Shown: one piece after another, positions 25,667 to 32,000 of the stretch
How positions within the stretch are numbered: the first letter of the stretch is position 1
Layout: the number at the start of each line of letters is the position of its first letter
Source of the DNA: Promethearchaeota archaeon
GTDB lineage: Archaea > Asgardarchaeota > Hermodarchaeia > Hermodarchaeales > Hermodarchaeaceae
Length of the DNA: 32,000 nt
Assembly (NCBI GenBank): GCA_048938295.1
Contig: JBHLMI010000004.1
Span: 90,001-122,000, forward strand
Direction: 5' to 3'
Made by a program: the position numbers and the translations under genes
The notes under the pieces: generated by a model
Told to the model about the DNA's origin: nothing
Seen by the model: the letters and a program-made list of their open reading frames with translations, nothing else
Database searches by the model: none

Positions 25667-26469
25667 TGATTGATCGCCGAGTGGCAGATTTTTTCCAATA
25701 TTGGCGTCAGCAATATCAATGGCCATTAAGACGAACAAGAGTCAATACCGAAAAGAAGATTCAAGAGTTCAAAGAAAACGCCCAGTTAGCAGTAGCATCA
25801 GGGAAGGACGAGAGATTAGCCAATACATTGATTCAGATTCACCGTTGGAAGACTCGCAATCAAGCTGGCATAACCGATGATTATGCCCGCCAGTTGGACA
25901 AAGCACCGAAACGCCTTAGAGAACTCCAGAAAGAACTACCCCTCACACTCAAAACACCAAATGAGATACTAAAAAAAGCTCTTGACTTATTGCGATTCTC
26001 CGATTGCAATCTACCAGTGTGTACAGCACAACTAAGCTTCCTCTCAGATCGGGTATTCCCAATCCTAGACCGCTTCTTAGCTCAATTCTTTAGCCGAAAA
26101 GTTCATCCCATGATTCTCAAATGGGCTGATTTTGACATTCAAAACGTTTTCGAAACTCTTGGCATAATCGACTTTGCACTCGAAGATGACGGACGAGGAA
26201 AAGGAGTACCCAGAATGGCAGTGTATACCGAAAAATTCTATCGCTATAATCGGAACCTGTTTGTAGACGAACTTATCCCACGGCTCCAAAATTTAGCAAG
26301 ACAACTGAGTGAAGCAGATATAACGTATGAAGGCATCGATCGGAACTTACACTATTTCACAAGTGTTGACCTACAAATGGCGATTTTTATCTTCGGCAAA
26401 AAGAATCCGCGACTATTCAGGCAGTTTTACAAAGTTCCTCCAATCCCAAGTCTGCCACCGCATCTTTAG
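25667..26469 (+). CDS. Hypothetical protein, possible HhH-type DNA glycosylase-like fold
   Basis: I..WK.R motif, LPVCTAQLSF..DRVFPILDR resembling the (G)xPTASAIL..P..YPIxD signature, and VDLQMAIF. ATG 25667 preferred. Confidence 0.45.
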
Positions 26470-26527
26470 CAAATTAAACAACTCAAATGCTAAAAAGGTA
26501 CATATTATCGATGGTGGAAGCAAAAAG

Positions 26528-27115
26528 ATGGAACGAATTGAAAGATATCGGCAACTAGCGAAATTCTCGCACTCAGGAGCAGTGAATCGACGCTATTTTG
26601 CTACCAATGCTTTTGATGGCACCTTAACAATTGTAGGTTTAATACTTGGAAGCTATTTTGCGGTCATACTCAATCCAATTGCTGTAGTGAGAGCAGGAAT
26701 CGGTGCTTGTATAGCCATGATGTTTTCAGGGTTTGCTGGAACCCTTTTTGCAGAGCGACTTGTTCAACGTGAACAGATACAGGAACTAGAAAAAGCTATG
26801 CTTCGTAAACTCGATGAATCGCTTCCCAGTAAAGCATCCACCTTTGTGATTATCTCTTCCGCATTAGTAGATGGAATTGCTCCACTTCTTACAGGGCTAT
26901 TCTGTCTTATTCCAATATTTGCTGCGGCCTTGGGATTAATAGTATGGAATCTAGCGGTATTCGTATCTTGTATTATTGGATTAACTATACTTTTCACTTT
27001 AGGGTTCTATATCGGAAAAGTTGCCCGAATGAATCCACTTGTTCAAGGTGTTCAAACACTTTTCATCGGGATTGGAACAGTAATTGCCATTATTCTAATA
27101 CAACTCGCATTATAG
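26528..27115 (+). CDS. VIT1/CCC1-family transporter (second paralog)
   Basis: RRYFATNAFDGTLT, GTLFAER, DGIAP, multiple TM helices. Start at ATG 26528. Confidence 0.85.
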   Translation: MERIERYRQLAKFSHSGAVNRRYFATNAFDGTLTIVGLILGSYFAVILNPIAVVRAGIGACIAMMFSGFAGTLFAERLVQREQIQELEKAMLRKLDESLPSKASTFVIISSALVDGIAPLLTGLFCLIPIFAAALGLIVWNLAVFVSCIIGLTILFTLGFYIGKVARMNPLVQGVQTLFIGIGTVIAIILIQLAL

Positions 27116-27187
27116 CTTAAATGACAAACAAAGAGAAATAATGTGTCCATTAAATCACATATCGATTAAAAAAAAGGAGGTTCAACA

Positions 27188-27685
27188 TTGAAAGTCGGTG
27201 AAATCTTAGAAAAAAGCAAAAACCGTCTGTCAAGCTATGGAATTAGTTATCGACACCCTTTTGACGCCTACTACGATTTATTTCTGTCAAATGATGATAT
27301 AAAACCGGTTCAGATCAAATCTGTGTTGGTTCTAACAGATAAGCGTCCTCGGTCATTAGTAGCCATCGCTTATGCCCTTCGGTTAACAAGAGCCCTCAAT
27401 GCCAACCTTTTAGCGATAACAAGAGGTGTACATCAAGAACTGATTAAAGGTGAAGCTGAATTCTATGACATCAATTTATCTCTCCTACATATTTCGAAAC
27501 AACAACCATCATTGGACTTCATTCTAAGAACAATCCATCAGCATGACGTCGGAATGGTCATATTTCACAATCTGTATGCCCTTTCTGATGAACTCCAAGA
27601 AAATTCACCCGTTCCAGTGTTAGTTGTGAAAATCGACCAATTCTTCAAGATTACAAAGGACAAAGTAGGAGGATACATATCATAG
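27188..27685 (+). CDS. Universal stress protein-like (UspA) domain protein
   Basis: IKSVLVLTD..RSLVAIAYALRLTRALNANLLAI, and a terminal PVPVLVVK. Confidence 0.7.
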   Translation: MKVGEILEKSKNRLSSYGISYRHPFDAYYDLFLSNDDIKPVQIKSVLVLTDKRPRSLVAIAYALRLTRALNANLLAITRGVHQELIKGEAEFYDINLSLLHISKQQPSLDFILRTIHQHDVGMVIFHNLYALSDELQENSPVPVLVVKIDQFFKITKDKVGGYIS

Positions 27686-27769
27686 CCAAGGTCCGGTGAC
27701 TAGATTGGCTACGAGGTTTTGGAGCGTAATGAAGCAGTCGAAGTCTTTACAATTAGACTGATTTGAGTT

Positions 27770-28309
27770 TCATTCACGTAATGAGAACTCCCACGCGCAC
27801 CACCAGTCCTCGGGGTGTGGGTCTGGTGGACAGCCTAGACACCGAGTTGTGATTCGTGGATCGATAGTTTTTGCAAATTCACTGTATTCAACCAAGCCTA
27901 CGGCTTTACATGGAAAATCTGGTAATCCTCTGCGTTTTCGTGCATCCTGAACACGGCATTGTTCCATTCGGTAAATGAAGCGAGTCTCGTCGATCTCTTC
28001 AATGGATTGTTTGTTTAATCGTGCATAAACCCGGAATTGCAGTGCTTGTTTCAATCCTTCCAATCCCGAATTTGGTGGAATCTTCATCTCTTTCATAATT
28101 CGCTGCGCTTCAATTGGAGAAAAATGCCGCCATGATTCGGTATCGAGTTCGATTGCAGTTTCCATATCATATTTCTTTTCTGCGGCAAGGAACCATGTGC
28201 CGTCAATGGCTAGCCAGTTCTTGGCATACATATCGATGATTTTGAGAAGTTCTTCTCGAGAGAGTTCTTCAAAGACTACTGGTTTTGGCAAAAAAGGTAG
28301 CCTCCGCAA
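27770..28309 (-). CDS. DUF6125-family protein (V4R-like, Cys-rich)
   Basis: AKNWLAIDGTWF, CRVQDARKRRGLPDFPCK, CLGCPPD..WWCAWEF. Confidence 0.75.
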   Translation of the reverse strand: MRRLPFLPKPVVFEELSREELLKIIDMYAKNWLAIDGTWFLAAEKKYDMETAIELDTESWRHFSPIEAQRIMKEMKIPPNSGLEGLKQALQFRVYARLNKQSIEEIDETRFIYRMEQCRVQDARKRRGLPDFPCKAVGLVEYSEFAKTIDPRITTRCLGCPPDPHPEDWWCAWEFSLRE

Positions 28310-28355
28310 ACTCCTGGGGCTTGCGGTTATTTTAGTTTAGCTTTCAGCTAAGAGC

Positions 28356-29318
28356 CTAAAATTCCACAGCGAGATCGAGTTCGCGGACAAGTTCCTTATA
28401 GCGATTACGAACCGTAACTTCAGTGACATGGGCGACTTCAGCGATTTCCCGTTGGGTACGTCGTTCGCCTTCCATGATTGCTGAGATATACAAGGCTGAC
28501 GCCGCAAGACCAGTCGGATCTTTGCCAGTGGTGAAACCTTTACGCTTAGCATTTTCAAGGATTTGGACAGCCCGACGTTGTACTCGGCTGCTGAGGCCGA
28601 GACTTTGGGCAAACCGTGGAATGAAGTTGGTTGGTTGGGATACTGGCATTCGGACATCAAGGCGACGGAGGAGTAATCGGTAACAGCGACCTAGTTCTTT
28701 ACGGTTGATTCGGCTCTGCTGAGCGATTTCAACAAGGGTACAGGGAGCTTCTCGAAGCCGACAAGCAGCATACATAGCAGCGGCGATCATGGCGTCTATA
28801 CTGCGACCACGGATTAGTCGACGTTCTAAAGCCCGTCGATACATCACAGCGGCTGTTTCTTTGACATTGCGCGATACACCAAGTTGACTACTAAGACGAT
28901 CCAATTCACTCATAGCACTGGCAAGGTTGCGTTCAATGCTGGAGTGGACTCGTGACCGACGCTGCCATTTTCGGAGGCGATAGATTTCAGCGCGTCGATT
29001 GGAGGTGATTTGACGACCAGCGGCGTCACGATTCCGCCAATCAATCATTGTGCTTAAATCATGATCTTGAAGCGCATAGTTAATGGGGCTTCCTGTTCGT
29101 GCTCGTTTTTCTCGTTCCTCGCTAGTGAAGGCACGCCATTCCGGGCCAGAATCAATGGTATTTCCATCTAGAACTAACCCACAGTTCGCGCATGTGAGCT
29201 CCCCTCGGCTCTCATCACGGATCATATCTTTTTCACCGCAGTCAGGACACACGCGATGTTCCTGCAAATCTGTAAATTGCCGATGTTTGTCATGGATTGA
29301 GGAATTTTCTTCCATCAT
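28356..29318 (-). CDS. tfb: Transcription initiation factor IIB (paralog 1)
   Basis: Zn ribbon CPDC/CANC, GPEWRAF B-reader, two cyclin repeats, GKDPTGLAASALY, VTEVTVRNRYKEL; SD AGGAGA. Confidence 0.97.
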   Translation of the reverse strand: MMEENSSIHDKHRQFTDLQEHRVCPDCGEKDMIRDESRGELTCANCGLVLDGNTIDSGPEWRAFTSEEREKRARTGSPINYALQDHDLSTMIDWRNRDAAGRQITSNRRAEIYRLRKWQRRSRVHSSIERNLASAMSELDRLSSQLGVSRNVKETAAVMYRRALERRLIRGRSIDAMIAAAMYAACRLREAPCTLVEIAQQSRINRKELGRCYRLLLRRLDVRMPVSQPTNFIPRFAQSLGLSSRVQRRAVQILENAKRKGFTTGKDPTGLAASALYISAIMEGERRTQREIAEVAHVTEVTVRNRYKELVRELDLAVEF

Positions 29319-29602
29319 ACATTCTTCTCCTAATATATGGTCAGGGAAGTTTAGGATTCAGACCGTACCCTGCATATGGATGCATGATGTTTCAAGATGA
29401 CCAAGAGGTTCAACAATGGAACCTGAGATGGTAGTAAATCTCGCGGGATAAAGTGAATTTAACCGCGATGCTCATCAATAGCCTTATAAACTTTCCCATT
29501 TATTTACTAGTTGAACAAGTATTTAAATGTATGCTTTTTCTTCATAGTAATTTGTGAGACCCGCCTCTGGAAAGGAAGTGCATGTTCCACCTCAGTTACC
29601 CA

Positions 29603-30574
29603 TCAGATGTCCACATGGAGCTGTAGGACACGAACCATTTCCTTGTAGCGATTCCGGACCGTCACTTCAGTGACACGAGCAACAGCCGCAATTTCGCGTT
29701 GAGTCCGTCGTTCACCCTCTTGGATGGATGCAATATAGAGGGTAGCCGCAGCCAGCCCAGTAGGGTCTTTACCCGCTGTGATCCCCTTGGCTTTAGCTTT
29801 GTCAAGGATGTCGATGGCACGACGTTGCACACGACTTGACAGATTCAGGGCTTGAGCAAACCGGGGAACAAAGTCCGTTGGTTGGGAAATTGGAACTCGC
29901 ATGTCGAGTTTTCGAAGTAGCAGCCGATAGCAGCGACCAAGTTCCTTACGATTAATTCGACTATGATGGGCGATTTCATCCAAGGTTCGAGGAACCTGGC
30001 GGAGCCGGCAACCCGCATAGACACAGGCCGCGATCATCGCTTCGATACTACGTCCACGAATCAAATGGCGCTCGACAGTTCGGCGATACAAGATAGCAGA
30101 TGCTTCTTTCACTGGGCGGGGAACGCCTAGCTGGCTTGTGATACGGTCCAACTCGCTCATAGCCCGCGCTAGATTTCGATCAATACTAGAATGAACACGT
30201 GTACGAATTTGCCATTTGCGGAGTCGATATATTTGAGCCCGAAGACCTGGCGCTAGTTTTCGGCCATTCGCGTCTCGGTCACGCCAATCGATGGTAGTAC
30301 TAAGTCCTTTATCGTGACGGGTGAAATCAATGGGGGCCCCAGTACGGGCACGTCTGTCCCTTTCTTCACTTGTGAAAGCGCGCCATTCAGGTCCCTGATC
30401 GACCATATGGGAATCGAGGACTAGCCCACAACTTGTGCAGATAACTTCACCACGAATAGGATCGCGGATTACATCGGAGGTTCCGCAATCGGAGCAAGTG
30501 ACTACTACGGCATCGGGTGCCTCCCGTTGACGCTGGGAGCGTATGAATGTGTCAGGCTGGATAGTCTTTGCCAT
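29603..30574 (-). CDS. tfb: Transcription initiation factor IIB (paralog 2)
   Basis: Zn ribbon CSDC/CTSC, GPEWRAF, cyclin repeats, GKDPTGLAAATLY, VTEVTVRNRYKE. Confidence 0.97.
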   Translation of the reverse strand: MAKTIQPDTFIRSQRQREAPDAVVVTCSDCGTSDVIRDPIRGEVICTSCGLVLDSHMVDQGPEWRAFTSEERDRRARTGAPIDFTRHDKGLSTTIDWRDRDANGRKLAPGLRAQIYRLRKWQIRTRVHSSIDRNLARAMSELDRITSQLGVPRPVKEASAILYRRTVERHLIRGRSIEAMIAACVYAGCRLRQVPRTLDEIAHHSRINRKELGRCYRLLLRKLDMRVPISQPTDFVPRFAQALNLSSRVQRRAIDILDKAKAKGITAGKDPTGLAAATLYIASIQEGERRTQREIAAVARVTEVTVRNRYKEMVRVLQLHVDI

Positions 30575-30888
30575 TTACGTTCTACCAATGAGTTTGATGT
30601 TGCGCGGAGATGGAGTCTCTCCTACTTTATGCGGAAACATCCGAGGGCGGATATTACGGTAGGGATTCGAACCAGAGGGGGCCTCTCCAATACTCATGAA
30701 AAGGATCCATGTGGAGTGTGAGAGACAGCGTATGAAGGGCTAATCCCGCGCAAGGTGTCGAAACTTTTTTAAGGTTGCGAGTGGCGTTTGACACTTCTTT
30801 ATCATATAAAAATGTTCTTATTTTCCACAGATTACTCGACAAAATCTCATTCTGAGTCGAGTGAAGAAGGAGATGTTGACGATGGCAG

Positions 30889-31764
30889 CTAGATTTCTTT
30901 TTCACAAGCGTTGCAATAACGTGACCCATGAATGATTGTTGCGTTGCAGTGAGGGCACCGGGATTGTCCTGTAGGCGCTTGCCGACCTGTGCCTTTTAGG
31001 TGCTTGGTAACTTTTCCTTTCAGTGACGAGATGGCTTGGGCGCTTGGGGAGCCGCCTTTAGATGGTGGTGGGGGTGGAGCTTGTTCAACGGGATGTGGTG
31101 CTGGTAATGGTGGTGGTGCTTCCATGGGTGGAGCGGGAGCAGGTGGTGGCGGTGCAGGGCTACTCTGGGCTGGTACGTAAGCTGGTGCCGCATCAACGGC
31201 AAGTGGTGGTTGGCTGGTTGGTTCAGTGTATGAAGAAATGTCGACGGCTGATTCGGGAGCGGTGGCCACGTATAAGCCGGGTTCACGAGTGAAATGACCG
31301 CTAATTCCTGTAATTAGTAACCCAATGAAGCCGATGAATAGAGACGCCACAAGGAATTCCAGAAAAATCGCTAAAACCGATGTGCCGCCAGTCATGGCAC
31401 TAAGCAAGGCGGCAAGATCTGAAAAAAGCGTTAGAAATGGGATATACGAATTCACAAAAAACTGAAAAGAATCCCAGGCTTGAGAAATTTCGTAAAAGGA
31501 CAATGGGTGTAAAAACACTCCGATGAGGAGTGTTGAACACAATGCGAGAAAGATCATGAGTCCCAAGTAGATGAGGAAAGAAATCAGTAAAAGGTGTAAC
31601 ACGCGAATCCGCCCACCGATTCCAACGATAAGACACGCGATAATGAATCCCAAAGGGATTAACCACATACGAATAGAAAGTGGAATTAGAGTAACTCCAG
31701 CAAGTAAAGTAAACACGATGACAGATATCGCCCCACCGAGGACGGCTACCAGACTCCGATCCAT
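30889..31764 (-). CDS. Multi-pass membrane protein with polyproline linker and C-terminal zinc ribbon
   Basis: About 5 hydrophobic segments, PPPPAPAPP/APPPPPS stretch, terminal CPHC..YCNAC. ATG 31764. Confidence 0.75.
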   Translation of the reverse strand: MDRSLVAVLGGAISVIVFTLLAGVTLIPLSIRMWLIPLGFIIACLIVGIGGRIRVLHLLLISFLIYLGLMIFLALCSTLLIGVFLHPLSFYEISQAWDSFQFFVNSYIPFLTLFSDLAALLSAMTGGTSVLAIFLEFLVASLFIGFIGLLITGISGHFTREPGLYVATAPESAVDISSYTEPTSQPPLAVDAAPAYVPAQSSPAPPPPAPAPPMEAPPPLPAPHPVEQAPPPPPSKGGSPSAQAISSLKGKVTKHLKGTGRQAPTGQSRCPHCNATIIHGSRYCNACEKEI

Positions 31765-32000
31765 TGGAAGCACCCATATTTAGTGTCCCCGAAAATGCCT
31801 TATAAGCAGATTGACCGGCTTCAAAAACATTGAAAACTTTGTAGAGAATCACAAGGTTATTGAAAAAGGTAAAGACACAAGTTTCATTCTATTCTGTAAC
31901 ACCTTATTTCAAATCGTTACCGAATATGGGTGTAACCCCACACCCTCTATCCTGTCCACCTTGAAGGCTTCCGGGACTGCTTTTCTACCAATATTGTATC

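Noticed and set aside
26327-26527. N-terminal extension of the second VIT1 ORF
   Set aside because: It overlaps the upstream gene, and the family-like sequence starts at ATG 26528.
30663-30673. T-loop-like GGTTCGAATCC on the minus strand upstream of tfb-2
   Set aside because: The T-stem does not extend beyond 2 bp, and there is no acceptor or anticodon arm.
31400-31852. 150-aa minus-strand ORF overlapping the zinc-ribbon membrane gene
   Set aside because: It is an alternative frame on the same strand, with no motifs.

Overview
Chromosomal window from an archaeon, very probably Asgard. Archaeal markers are GatDE, archaeal-type TPI and GlyRS, two tandem TFBs and TATA-box promoters. The Asgard call rests on a eukaryote-like ribosomal eL22 plus a roadblock protein and small GTPase; the class cannot be determined from the sequence. 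(1) 64-8229: amino-acid/acyl-CoA locus with a KaiC/RAD55-like pseudo-ATPase, a glutamate dehydrogenase carrying a duplicated N-terminal extension, a ribbon-helix-helix regulator with tandem V4R-like modules, an ADP-forming acyl-CoA synthetase-GNAT fusion and pyrophosphatase. The gdh and regulator promoters share an identically spaced TG(T/A)ACA box array. (2) tRNA-Arg(UCU), a SAMP/MoaD-like protein, a surface glycoprotein, gatDE, VIT1 and glyS. (3) 17.3-22 kb: two unrelated solo TnpB elements flank rpl22e, an MglA/CvnD-like GTPase, a thioredoxin and a roadblock gene. One TnpB is IS1341-like with a rearranged, Fanzor-type RuvC; the other is IS607-like with a canonical RuvC. The GTPase has a CxxC in switch I and Leu at the catalytic Gln position. 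(4) tpiA, mscL, VIT1+USP, DUF6125, tfb x2 and a polyproline/zinc-ribbon membrane protein. The best candidates for undescribed systems are the RHH/V4R-TGTACA regulon and the putative redox-switched GTPase-thioredoxin-roadblock module. No CRISPR array or rRNA was seen. All family calls come from motif recognition; no database searches were run.
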